A model generated the notes under the pieces. The model saw nothing but the letters and a program-made list of their open reading frames with translations. It made no database searches and had not been told where the DNA came from. Below, one piece after another: positions 10,680 through 19,957 of a stretch of DNA of 64,000 nt; positions within the stretch are counted from its first letter, which is position 1, and each line of letters begins with the position of its first letter. This stretch comes from Candidatus Lustribacter sp. (GTDB taxonomy: Bacteria; Vulcanimicrobiota; Vulcanimicrobiia; Vulcanimicrobiales; Vulcanimicrobiaceae). Location: assembly GCA_965277805.1 (NCBI GenBank), contig OZ255842.1, positions 1,152,001-1,216,000 of the forward strand. Reading direction: 5' to 3'. A program made the position numbers and the translations under genes.

Positions 10680-11845
10680 AACGCGCACTGACCGTTCTCG
10701 CCGCGCTCGCGCTGCTGGTTGCGCCGGTCCCCTCACGCGCCCTCGACGGCCCGCCGGTCGAGATCGATGCGATGCTCTCGATGACCGGCGCCGGCGCGTT
10801 CTTCGCAACCTCGGCGGCCAAAACGCTGACGATCATCGAAGGTCTCGTCAACAGCACCGGCGGCATCGCGGGCCGTCCGCTCAAGTTCGTCGTGATCGAC
10901 GACGGCTCGAACCCGCAGACCGCGGTCGAGCTCGCGACGCAACTGGCGGCGAAGAAAATTCCCGCGATGCTCGGCCCCTCGCTCACCGCAACGTGTTCGG
11001 CGATGCTGCCGATCGTGACGAAGAGCGGCCCGGTGTCGTACTGCATCTCGCCGTCGGTCCGGCCCGATCCGGGCAGCTACATGTTCTCCAACGGCCCGAC
11101 CGGTGAGGACGGCGCGGCGGTGCTGCTGCGGTACATCTTGCAGCACGGCTACACGCGCATCGCGATCCTGAACTCGACCGATGCGAGTGGTCAGGCGGTC
11201 GACAAGTCGCTCGAACTCGCTCTGGCGGAGCCGGAGTTCCACTCGCTCCAAGTCGTCGCGCACCAGCACTTCGCGCCGCTCGACGTGAGCGCCGCGGCCC
11301 AAATCTCGCAGATCAAAGCAGCGAATCCGCAGGCCTTGATTTCGTGGGCCGTCGGCACGCCGTTCGGCACCGTCTTGCGCAGCGCGAGCGACGGCGGGCT
11401 CGAGATTCCAATCTTCACCGGCGCCGGCAATCAAACGGCCGACCAGATGAAACAGTACGCGCACATGCTGCCCAAGCAAATCTATTTTGAGAGCATGCTC
11501 GATATGGCGCCGGGCGCGATCGTGCCGCCGCCGATCGCGAAGAAGCAAGCGATCTACTTCAAGGCCTTCAGCGCCGCCGGCGTGCAAACCGACGGCGGCT
11601 ACGGCGGCATCTGGGATATGGCGATGATCTACGTCGACGCGTTCCGGCATTACAACGGCACGCCGACGGCCGACCAAGTTCACGACTTCATCGAACGTCA
11701 GCGTGCCTATCCCGGCGTCAGCGGCGTCTACGACTACGGGAAGTACGCGCAGCGCGGCGTCGGCCAGGACGGCGACATGATTTCGACCTGGAACGCCGGC
11801 ACCCAATCGTTTACGGCCGCGAGCAAACCAGGGGGCCGAAAGTAG
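10676..11845 (+). CDS. ABC substrate-binding protein, branched-chain amino acid (LivJ-like) family
   Basis: Signal peptide MKRALTVLA; SMTGAGA, GGIAGRPLKFVVIDDGSNP; ATGA overlap with Rieske stop. Confidence 0.85.
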   Translation: MKRALTVLAALALLVAPVPSRALDGPPVEIDAMLSMTGAGAFFATSAAKTLTIIEGLVNSTGGIAGRPLKFVVIDDGSNPQTAVELATQLAAKKIPAMLGPSLTATCSAMLPIVTKSGPVSYCISPSVRPDPGSYMFSNGPTGEDGAAVLLRYILQHGYTRIAILNSTDASGQAVDKSLELALAEPEFHSLQVVAHQHFAPLDVSAAAQISQIKAANPQALISWAVGTPFGTVLRSASDGGLEIPIFTGAGNQTADQMKQYAHMLPKQIYFESMLDMAPGAIVPPPIAKKQAIYFKAFSAAGVQTDGGYGGIWDMAMIYVDAFRHYNGTPTADQVHDFIERQRAYPGVSGVYDYGKYAQRGVGQDGDMISTWNAGTQSFTAASKPGGRK

Positions 11846-11863
11846 GCCCAGAAGCGTACGGAT

Positions 11864-12595
11864 ATGACGCAAACGCTCGATCCATCCTCGACCAAATACG
11901 GCGATCTCATTGCCCGCGCGGTGCGCATTTGCAACGCCGCCTTAGTCATGGATCGCAACGGCCACGTGAGCCAGCGCGACGAACACGATCCGAACGTGTT
12001 CTGGATCAATAATCGACATGCGAGCCGCTCGTCGCTCACGGCCGAAGACATCGTGCCGTTCGACATCGCTGCCGGGCGCCGGATCGGTGAGGGCATCGAG
12101 CCGCCGAGCGAGTGGCACATTCACCGCGAGATCTATCGCCGGCATCCCGACGTCGGCGGCATCGTGCATTCGCATCCGCCGTTTATCTTCGCGCTCTCGG
12201 CCGTCGGCAAGAAACTACAGCCGCTGATCCCTTCGGCCGCGTTCATTCCCGAAGCCGGTGCGCCCGTGTTCGACTCAGCCGTGCTGATCAACACGGAGAC
12301 GCGCGGCAAGGCGATGGCCGATGCGATGGGCGCGGAAAATATCGTCGTGCTGCGTCAACACGGCACGGTCGTGATGGGGATATCGGCGGAAGAAGCCGTC
12401 GTGCGCATGATCAACGCGGAAGAAAACGCGCACGCGCAACACCAAGCCCTGCAGATCGGTACCCCGACGTATTTCGCCGGCAGCGAGCTGGCGACGATGC
12501 GCAGCGAGCAAGGCGGAGCGCACGGCAACCGCAAGTCCTATCACTACTGGGAAGAAACCGCTCGCAAAATGGGAGCGCTCGACGGCCTCGACTAA
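11864..12595 (+). CDS. Class II aldolase/adducin family protein
   Basis: GHVSQR, PPSEWHIHREIY, GIVHSHP, LRQHG. Confidence 0.9.
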   Translation: MTQTLDPSSTKYGDLIARAVRICNAALVMDRNGHVSQRDEHDPNVFWINNRHASRSSLTAEDIVPFDIAAGRRIGEGIEPPSEWHIHREIYRRHPDVGGIVHSHPPFIFALSAVGKKLQPLIPSAAFIPEAGAPVFDSAVLINTETRGKAMADAMGAENIVVLRQHGTVVMGISAEEAVVRMINAEENAHAQHQALQIGTPTYFAGSELATMRSEQGGAHGNRKSYHYWEETARKMGALDGLD

Positions 12596-12813
12596 CGCTC
12601 GGCGGTCTGCACCGTGCCGTTTGGTAAGGCGGTCTTGAGCATATCGACGATGCGCTGCGCCCACGGTTCGAGCTGGGCCGGCGCGTAGAGATAGTCATAC
12701 CGCGATTCGTTGGTTGCGCGCCACCAATTCTTTGCGTTACGTCCGTGAAAACGCACGTATGCGATGCCGCACGTACCGACACGAACCGACGACTTGCTCC
12801 TTCGCTTGGCCAT
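12592..12813 (-). pseudogene. DUF72 remnant with a large internal in-frame deletion
   Basis: DUF72-type N-terminal VRVGTCG joined directly to C-terminal AYVRFHGRN..WW...RYDYLY...LEPW; only 73 aa. Confidence 0.6.
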
Positions 12814-12855
12814 ATGTCTTGTGTACCACATTACCGCGAAGGGTATGGGGTCCGA

Positions 12856-13812
12856 GTGAAACCTCATCGACTCGCCCGCGTCGTTACCGGCGTTCTTGCG
12901 GCAGGCACGGTTGCCATTGGCGCCATCGTGAACCGATCTGCGCGCGCCACGGAACGTGCGAACCCGCCGGAAGGGCAGTTCATCGACGTGGACGGCGTCA
13001 AGCTGCATTACATCGAGCGCGGCGCGGGGCCGCCGATCGTTCTCTTGCATGGTAACGGAGTGAGCGCCCGCGATTGGGAGTTGAGCGGTGTGCTCGATGC
13101 GCTGGCTGCGAGCCATCGCGTGATTGCCTTCGATCGGCCGGGGTTCGGCTACAGCGAACGTCCGCGCGGCATCCGCTGGACGCCGTTTCGTCAAGCTGCG
13201 CTGCTGCATAACGCGCTGGCGGTGTTGGACGTGAAGCGGCCCGCCGTCGTCGGACACTCGTGGGGCACCCTCGTCGCGCTGGCGTTGGCGCTCGATTTCC
13301 CCGCCGACGTCGACCGCTTGGTCTTAGTTTCGGGCTATTACTTTCCGTCGGCGCGGCCGGATGTGTTGCTGCAAGGTGCGCCTGCGATTCCGATCGTCGG
13401 CGATGTCATGAGCCAGACCATTTCGCCGGTGCTTGCCCGCTTGATCACGCCGTTAACCGTGAGCCAGGTGTTCGCACCGGCACCGGTCCCGCCCGTGTTT
13501 GCAAAGCTGCCGCTCTCGATGTCGCGCCGCCCCTCGCAGCTTCGGGCGGCCGCGCAAGAAGCATTGGAAATGGTGCCCGCTGCGGCGCTCTTATCACAGC
13601 GTTACGGTGAACTCGACCTGCCCATTGCGATCATCGCGGGCAGCGGCGACAAAGTCGTCGATCCCGCTGCGCACTCGAACCGTCTAGCGCAACTGACGCT
13701 GCACCACGATGCGGAACTCGTGGAAGGGGCGGGTCATATGGTGCACTATTACGCCCCCGGACGCATCGCTGCGGCGATCAACCAAATGCAAACCGCGGAG
13801 AAGGTCGCCTGA
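12856..13812 (+). CDS. Alpha/beta fold hydrolase
   Basis: VLLHGN, FDRPGFGYS, nucleophile GHSWG, GSGD, GAGHM. Confidence 0.9.
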   Translation: MKPHRLARVVTGVLAAGTVAIGAIVNRSARATERANPPEGQFIDVDGVKLHYIERGAGPPIVLLHGNGVSARDWELSGVLDALAASHRVIAFDRPGFGYSERPRGIRWTPFRQAALLHNALAVLDVKRPAVVGHSWGTLVALALALDFPADVDRLVLVSGYYFPSARPDVLLQGAPAIPIVGDVMSQTISPVLARLITPLTVSQVFAPAPVPPVFAKLPLSMSRRPSQLRAAAQEALEMVPAAALLSQRYGELDLPIAIIAGSGDKVVDPAAHSNRLAQLTLHHDAELVEGAGHMVHYYAPGRIAAAINQMQTAEKVA

Positions 13813-13815
13813 GGC

Positions 13816-15552
13816 CTACGGGTTAGGCACGCCGCCGCCGAATGCTTCGAGAAAGTCGAAGCGCAGACCGGACCACCCTGCACCTTCACCGGGCCCGGAG
13901 TTGCGCGCATACCAGACCAACGTGCGGCCGTCCGTGCCGCGCGAGCGGCGGAACGCGATGCCCGCGTCGATGCCGACGTGCGTGAGGATGCGATCCGTTA
14001 GGAAGAACGGCACGCCCGGTTCGAGCACGCTCGCGTGCGCCGGAACCGGTTGCGGTCCGCTCCCCGTCTCGCGCTCCAGCACACCGCGGCGGAAGTACAG
14101 CCCGCCGGCGGGCGTCTGAATCGGTACGAGCGGAATCCAGTTGTACGGCACCACGCTCTCGAGCGTGTAATACACCGGCGGATCGCCGGGCAACGCCGCC
14201 GGAACCGGAACGGGATCCAGCGCGCGCGCTGCGAGATAGGCTTCGAACGCATCGACCGGAACGTCGAGCGTGCCGTGCAGCTCGTGTTCCACTGCCCAGC
14301 CCATCGCCGCCATGTCGTCGCGCAGAAAATGGACGTTCTCGATCGGCGGGCCTTCGTCGGTGACGCCGAGCGCGGGCGCGATAAAGATGAACGGTGAACG
14401 TGCGCCGTTGCCCGATAATTTGAACATCGACCACGGCGCCGTTCCAGGCTGTACCGTCGTTTCTTCCGCAGAACGGATCAATGTGCGCTGACCGAACGTA
14501 TCGGTCACGATGAGGGTGTCGATGGTGCTCATCGTACCGACGTCCGTCGGCAATGGGACGATGAACCAATCGTTGCCGTACGTCAGCGCGAATTCCATCA
14601 CCAGCATCGTCGCGAGGTCCACGGTTTGCACGTCGAGCGCGCCGAAGTCGGTCTTTTGCGTTTCGAACGACCACCAGCGTGGCTCGGGCATCCCCCGGAA
14701 CGTTACGTGTTGCGGCAAGAACGCGAAACTCGTCGACGTGCTCGTGGCCGGCGGCAATCCGGCGATCACCGGATCGTTCGTGCCGAGCGCGAACGAGTGC
14801 CAATCCAGATGTCCGCCGGGGAACCCGTCGGCGTGCAGCGTCAGATCGTCCCCCGGCAGTGGTGAACCGACCGCGAAATCGTACGCCAGCCCCTCAGGTT
14901 GCCAGGCGCGGTCGTTGGCCGGTTCGCTGTAGATGCCGCGCCGGTAGGCGACGAAGGCGGTAAGAATTGCGGCAACGGCCGGATCGGTGGCGGCCGCCGG
15001 AAGTGGCGGAGCCCCGGCGGCACCCGTTGCCGAGAGGTAAAGCTGCACGCCGTCGACCACGCGCCCCATCGCGAGCGACCTGAACAAGTTGCCGTCGACG
15101 CCGTCGAAGGTTACATCGTCGGCGCTTTGCGGCGCAATCATAAACGCGCTGCGAAAGGCATCGCGCACCGTCGCGGGCTGACCGGCGGCGATGAGCGCGC
15201 GCTCGAAGAACAAACCGAGCTGCACCGATGCGCGCAACTTCGTCGTGACCGGCTCGCGTTCGACGTGCACTTCGAGCGGCAGCGCCATGTCGAGCGCGAC
15301 CGCGTTCGCCGGATCGTCGCCGGGACGGTAGGTCGAGAGCGTGCGATTCGTGACGCCGATCGTTGCCGCGACAGGTGACCCGGCGTCTTCGCCCGCGAAT
15401 TCACCGACTTGCCACTGCCGGGCCAACATCCACGCGGCATCGCGGATTTGCGCCTGCAGACCGCGCGCCAGGGTGCCGTCACGCGGTTTCGGCTCGATCC
15501 GCGTCCAGGCGGTGATCGACGGCGTGAGCGTTCGCACGCTGCGCTCAAGCAT
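13816..15552 (-). CDS. Hypothetical protein, 578 aa (gene 5 of the PLD/DUF6603 operon)
   Basis: Long ORF overlapping the upstream gene by 8 nt; Trp/Pro-rich motifs WMLARQWQVGEF, FRGMPEPRWWSFE, YGNDWF, VPYNWIPL. Confidence 0.85.
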   Translation of the reverse strand: MLERSVRTLTPSITAWTRIEPKPRDGTLARGLQAQIRDAAWMLARQWQVGEFAGEDAGSPVAATIGVTNRTLSTYRPGDDPANAVALDMALPLEVHVEREPVTTKLRASVQLGLFFERALIAAGQPATVRDAFRSAFMIAPQSADDVTFDGVDGNLFRSLAMGRVVDGVQLYLSATGAAGAPPLPAAATDPAVAAILTAFVAYRRGIYSEPANDRAWQPEGLAYDFAVGSPLPGDDLTLHADGFPGGHLDWHSFALGTNDPVIAGLPPATSTSTSFAFLPQHVTFRGMPEPRWWSFETQKTDFGALDVQTVDLATMLVMEFALTYGNDWFIVPLPTDVGTMSTIDTLIVTDTFGQRTLIRSAEETTVQPGTAPWSMFKLSGNGARSPFIFIAPALGVTDEGPPIENVHFLRDDMAAMGWAVEHELHGTLDVPVDAFEAYLAARALDPVPVPAALPGDPPVYYTLESVVPYNWIPLVPIQTPAGGLYFRRGVLERETGSGPQPVPAHASVLEPGVPFFLTDRILTHVGIDAGIAFRRSRGTDGRTLVWYARNSGPGEGAGWSGLRFDFLEAFGGGVPNP

Positions 15553-18500
15553 GGTAGCGTGCGACCTCGTCGGCCGACAAACGGAAACGCGTCGACACGG
15601 TGGCCTCCTGCAAGTTGAACGGAACGTAGAGTGCCGGCAAGATTTGTCCGACGTCGACCATCGAATCGAGATCGACGCTCCGAAGTTTTGCCAGCTGCAA
15701 CGTCTCTTCGAGCGTTGCCTGGATCAGCTGATCGTCCCAAAACGCGCGGTCGTCCGGACATACGGCCAGCAGCAGCGCCTGCGGCGCGCGCGCCTTCGGC
15801 TCATCCTGATGGAATGCGACCGCCGCCGATTGTGTCGTCAATGGAATACGCTCGGGCCATTCATCGATGAGTAAGCCCGCGTAATCGTTGCCGGCGGTGA
15901 TCGCACCGGCGCCGATGACGGCAAGGGCAATGCGTCCGCTCTCCGGCGTCGTGCCGTTGAGTGGCAGGCCCAGCCAGCGATCGGTTCCGGTTGCGGCGGG
16001 CAGTTGACCGAACGTAAACGCCGGCGCACTCGCGGCGGCGAGGAGCTGCGCCGCCGTATAGGCCGCGTCAAGTCGTGCGATCGCGGGGCGCACGTGCGTG
16101 AGCTGCTGCACCCATGCCTCGACCGCGTAGGGATCGGCGCCGCCGAAGAGTGCGGCGGAGCCCGAAAATGCGGTCTGGAGCGCGGCGACGTTGGGCGCGC
16201 TCAGCCGCGGCAACACGTCGATCGTTTTCGAAAAGATCGTTGCGAACTGCGCGAGCGCGTCGCTCGCCGTAACATTCGGCATTCCGGTAACCGCGTTCAG
16301 CCGTTTCGTCAACTCGGCGGAGACCGCTGCGGCTTGAATTCCCAAACCGCCGTCGGGACCGGTCGAGGTGGCCGGCACCGCCCCCAGCACGCCGTAGCCG
16401 CCGGCAGCGATGAGGGCCGCGCGTACCGGGTCCGTCGCTGCGGGCAACCCCGCGATCGCCGCCGTCAGCGCGGCGCTGTCGGCCGCGAACTGCGTACGAA
16501 CCGTTGCGAGCCGGGTTTGTAATTCGCCGACGTCGACGGCTCCGCCGGCAGTGCCCGCGTCGACCTTCGGTTCACACAAATCCGACGGCTGCACCGCTCG
16601 CGCGGACGAGATCAGCGCGCGAACGGCACGCGCTGCAGTGAGAACTTCCGGAAACGTAATCGTGCCCGAGGGTAAACCGGCGCGGTCGAACGCGATCGTG
16701 ATGTCGTCGATGTCGGGCGTCAGCGCGGCGGCGTAACGGATCCGCTCTTCGAGCTCCGAGCGCTGCGGCGTTTGCAACGTGTCGGAGAGCGCGAGGACAT
16801 CGAGCGGGCGCAGGTGCAGTTCCGCGAGCGACACGATCGCGTGCGTGACGGTGCCGCCCGCATCCGTATAGGTGACGGTGCACTGCACGGTTGCCGGATC
16901 GGGGAGCAGCGTTCCGGCCCACGCGTCGAGTGTGGGTTCGGCCACTGCGCGCGGGGTCGCCGGGATCGCGCTCCAGCCGGGTGCTGCAGCCGGCGTGCCG
17001 GCGAAGAGCACCATCACGCGGTGCGTCAGATCGATACCGCTGCGCAACGTGTCGACAACCTGTGGTTCCGGCGCGTAATCGCCTTTCGAAACGGCGTCGA
17101 GCAGGCCGCCCGAGCGCGCGAAGTTGCCGCGTATCACCTGGAACACGGCTTCGGAGATGGAGAGATCGGACAGCGCATCCATGATGTCGTCGAGTTCTTG
17201 CAGCAACGTCACGACGCTGTTCTGCGCCGAGCCCGGTGGCGGCAGGCCCGGTCCCCAATTGCCGCCGGCCGCGAGTTGTCCCGCATCCCACGCGGCGCGG
17301 AGTTTGAGCGCATCGACAACGCCGGACGCGGCCACGGCTTCGGCACCCGGGTCGGTCGGGGTCAACTCACTGCCGAGAATCGGATACGCATCGCGGAAGG
17401 GCTGCAGATACACTTGCAGGCCGAGCGCTTCGAGCTCCGCTTCGAAGCGATATCCGAGCAGGGCGGAGAGCTGCTGACCCGCGCGCACGCCGTCGAGCGT
17501 CCAGAGGGCGCGTTGTACGCGCTCCGACGACAGATCGATCGCGAGCAAGCCTTCTGCCGAGGTCCCTTGATGCGACATATAACCCGCGCGCAACACGGCA
17601 GCCGTCGCGGCTTGGGCGTACGAGGGCGCGTGGACGAATCCGCCGTTGTCGGTTGCCGGAACGACGGGAACCGGCAGCGTCTTCGTGATGCCGGTGCTGC
17701 GCGCGCGCAGCGCGTCGAGCTGCGTCGCCTGCTCGCGTTCGGTGCCGCTCACCGCGGCGCGCGCGGTCGACGGCTTCACATGTTCAACCCAGCCGTACGA
17801 GCCGACGTGAATTCCGTTGGGCTGCGCCGCGCGCGTTTCTTGCAGCAGCGCGTTCGCAACGGCCGTGAGCCACACGTCGAGCCGGTGACTGCACGTGTCG
17901 AGTGTCTCGCTCAGCAGACGATCGAGCTCGGCCGTCGGCAGGGCCGCAAGCCGCTGCAGGCTCGTGCGCAACTCGGTGAGGCGTTCGTACGGCGAGCCCG
18001 GCGGCGGCACGTATGCGACGAGAAATTCCGCCCACGATTTCGTTGGGTCGTCGATCGACGGTCGCGCGAGCACGTCCCAGGCCCGTACCGTCGGCTGCGT
18101 CGCGTCGATGTCGACCAGCTCGGGTTCGAGCAGTTGCGCGGCCGTCAAGCGCCCGGCACCGTACTCGCCGCGCTTCGCGAGTGCCGCGTATTCGCTCAGG
18201 ACGGATTGCCGTAAGAGTTTATAGAGCAGTGACGTCGGTGCGGTTCCGGTCGGATACCGCTCGTTCTGCAAATCGCCGGCGGACGCGGTGCGAATCCAGT
18301 CGATGTAATTCATCTTCGTGCTGCCGGCGTCCGCATCGGCGATGAGCGTCTGCGTTTCCGAGAGCGGCTGATTGCAGACGGTGGGGTAGCGGATCGTAAA
18401 CTGCGCCGGATCGAAACTCGCCGTGGCGACGAATGGATTCCAGGCCGCCGACCCATAGGTGTCGATCGCTATCCGTGCGAGCGCGGTGTGAAGCTGCCAC

Positions 18501-19957
18501 CACGCAAACCGCACCGCATCGGGCATGCCGTCGAAGACTTGCCAATTCGTCAAAAAGAATTCACCGAGCACATCGCGTGCGTCGTAGGTCATGGAACTCG
18601 CGTCCATGCCCAGGACGTGAAGCAAGTCTTGATCGGGATCGCCGGCGCCCACGTGGGGAGCTCCCGGGATGCCGTTCACCCAGGCGCCGGTGAGCCGCTT
18701 GAGCAGCGCGACGAGCGCCGGTTCGAGGTTCGCGAACGCGCGGTTCGGTTGGCGCGCGTAGAACTGCAATGCCGTGGCCGGCAAGATGCCGTAGGGAGCG
18801 TTGCCGGTGCGAACGGCGGCCAGCGGATTGCGGGGTACGGCATGTGCCAGGGCCCACGTGCGCCCGGTGTCGATCTGCGCGTCGCTGAAGGTTGTCGCCA
18901 TCATTTGTTCGAGGAAATACCCGAGCGTTGCGGGCCAGAGCGCCGTCAGCATGTCGGTGCCGTTGCGCGCACCGTAGCCGCCGGCGCCCACGATGCGCTC
19001 GAACGTCGCTGTTCCGGCGCCGAGGGCCGCGCGCATGCGCTCGCCGTCGGCCAGCGGATCCGGCGCGCCGAGCGTGCCGAACTCCGCGTCGTACGTTGCG
19101 ACGCTCGGGTCCACGTTTTTGTAGACGGGGTCTATGTCGGCGGTATTGTTCGTGGGCATGCCTTGCGGCACGAACGACGCGCCGTCGGTGAAGTGGTGCG
19201 CGTCGATGAGCGCCGCGAGTTCGGCCGATGCATCGCCGGCATCGCTGCGGACGCCGTAAACGATGATACGGTCGAAGCCGGCCGCGCGCGTCGCGCGGTC
19301 GAGCGGAATGCGCAGCGCCATCCCGGCGGCAACCGCTGAATCGAAGTCGACCATCCACTGCATCCCGGCATCAACGGTGCTCCCGGCGGGAAACGCCGCC
19401 GCACCGCTCGGATCGAGCATCACGTTGAGGTCGCCGGCGATCGCTGACCCGCGTTGCACCGTGCGCGTGGTGCCGGACTCGAGGACCACCGTCCAAGCGT
19501 CGGGCAGCAGCGTCGCGCGCGCCGGTTGATTCCAGGCCGTGGCGCGCACGGCCGGCGACGGAAATGCCGGCAGGGGCACCGGATCGGCGCCGTCGGCGGT
19601 CGGCGTTCCCGGCTGCGCCGCGATGTTCGTGGGCGTCAGCGCGCGCACGATGTAAACGGCGCGCGGTGCGCCGTACGTTGTGACCAGCGTGCGCCACGCC
19701 GCGCGTAATCCGGTATCGTCGGGCGGCGGGACGCCGGCCCGCCAACGCAAGGTCCAAAAACCTTGCGCGTCGGCGAGTTCGGCCGCCGTGAGTTCGGGGT
19801 CGTGCGCGTCGCAATGAATCTGATCGGGATACACGCGCAGCAGCAGTGCGCTACCTTGAGCGTCGTCGACGAACCGCGTCTCGATGCGCACGGGAAGCAA
19901 GAGCAACGGCGTGCGGGCATTGAGCCCGCCGCGTTGCTCGACCGCGACGTCTCTCAT
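15545..19957 (-). CDS. Hypothetical protein, 1470 aa (gene 4 of the operon)
   Basis: Long ORF with ATGA coupling; LLPVRIETRF, SHRLDVW, ATAAVLRAGY, IDEWPERIP, EPKARAPQALLLAV. Confidence 0.9.
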   Translation of the reverse strand: MRDVAVEQRGGLNARTPLLLLPVRIETRFVDDAQGSALLLRVYPDQIHCDAHDPELTAAELADAQGFWTLRWRAGVPPPDDTGLRAAWRTLVTTYGAPRAVYIVRALTPTNIAAQPGTPTADGADPVPLPAFPSPAVRATAWNQPARATLLPDAWTVVLESGTTRTVQRGSAIAGDLNVMLDPSGAAAFPAGSTVDAGMQWMVDFDSAVAAGMALRIPLDRATRAAGFDRIIVYGVRSDAGDASAELAALIDAHHFTDGASFVPQGMPTNNTADIDPVYKNVDPSVATYDAEFGTLGAPDPLADGERMRAALGAGTATFERIVGAGGYGARNGTDMLTALWPATLGYFLEQMMATTFSDAQIDTGRTWALAHAVPRNPLAAVRTGNAPYGILPATALQFYARQPNRAFANLEPALVALLKRLTGAWVNGIPGAPHVGAGDPDQDLLHVLGMDASSMTYDARDVLGEFFLTNWQVFDGMPDAVRFAWWQLHTALARIAIDTYGSAAWNPFVATASFDPAQFTIRYPTVCNQPLSETQTLIADADAGSTKMNYIDWIRTASAGDLQNERYPTGTAPTSLLYKLLRQSVLSEYAALAKRGEYGAGRLTAAQLLEPELVDIDATQPTVRAWDVLARPSIDDPTKSWAEFLVAYVPPPGSPYERLTELRTSLQRLAALPTAELDRLLSETLDTCSHRLDVWLTAVANALLQETRAAQPNGIHVGSYGWVEHVKPSTARAAVSGTEREQATQLDALRARSTGITKTLPVPVVPATDNGGFVHAPSYAQAATAAVLRAGYMSHQGTSAEGLLAIDLSSERVQRALWTLDGVRAGQQLSALLGYRFEAELEALGLQVYLQPFRDAYPILGSELTPTDPGAEAVAASGVVDALKLRAAWDAGQLAAGGNWGPGLPPPGSAQNSVVTLLQELDDIMDALSDLSISEAVFQVIRGNFARSGGLLDAVSKGDYAPEPQVVDTLRSGIDLTHRVMVLFAGTPAAAPGWSAIPATPRAVAEPTLDAWAGTLLPDPATVQCTVTYTDAGGTVTHAIVSLAELHLRPLDVLALSDTLQTPQRSELEERIRYAAALTPDIDDITIAFDRAGLPSGTITFPEVLTAARAVRALISSARAVQPSDLCEPKVDAGTAGGAVDVGELQTRLATVRTQFAADSAALTAAIAGLPAATDPVRAALIAAGGYGVLGAVPATSTGPDGGLGIQAAAVSAELTKRLNAVTGMPNVTASDALAQFATIFSKTIDVLPRLSAPNVAALQTAFSGSAALFGGADPYAVEAWVQQLTHVRPAIARLDAAYTAAQLLAAASAPAFTFGQLPAATGTDRWLGLPLNGTTPESGRIALAVIGAGAITAGNDYAGLLIDEWPERIPLTTQSAAVAFHQDEPKARAPQALLLAVCPDDRAFWDDQLIQATLEETLQLAKLRSVDLDSMVDVGQILPALYVPFNLQEATVSTRFRLSADEVARYHA

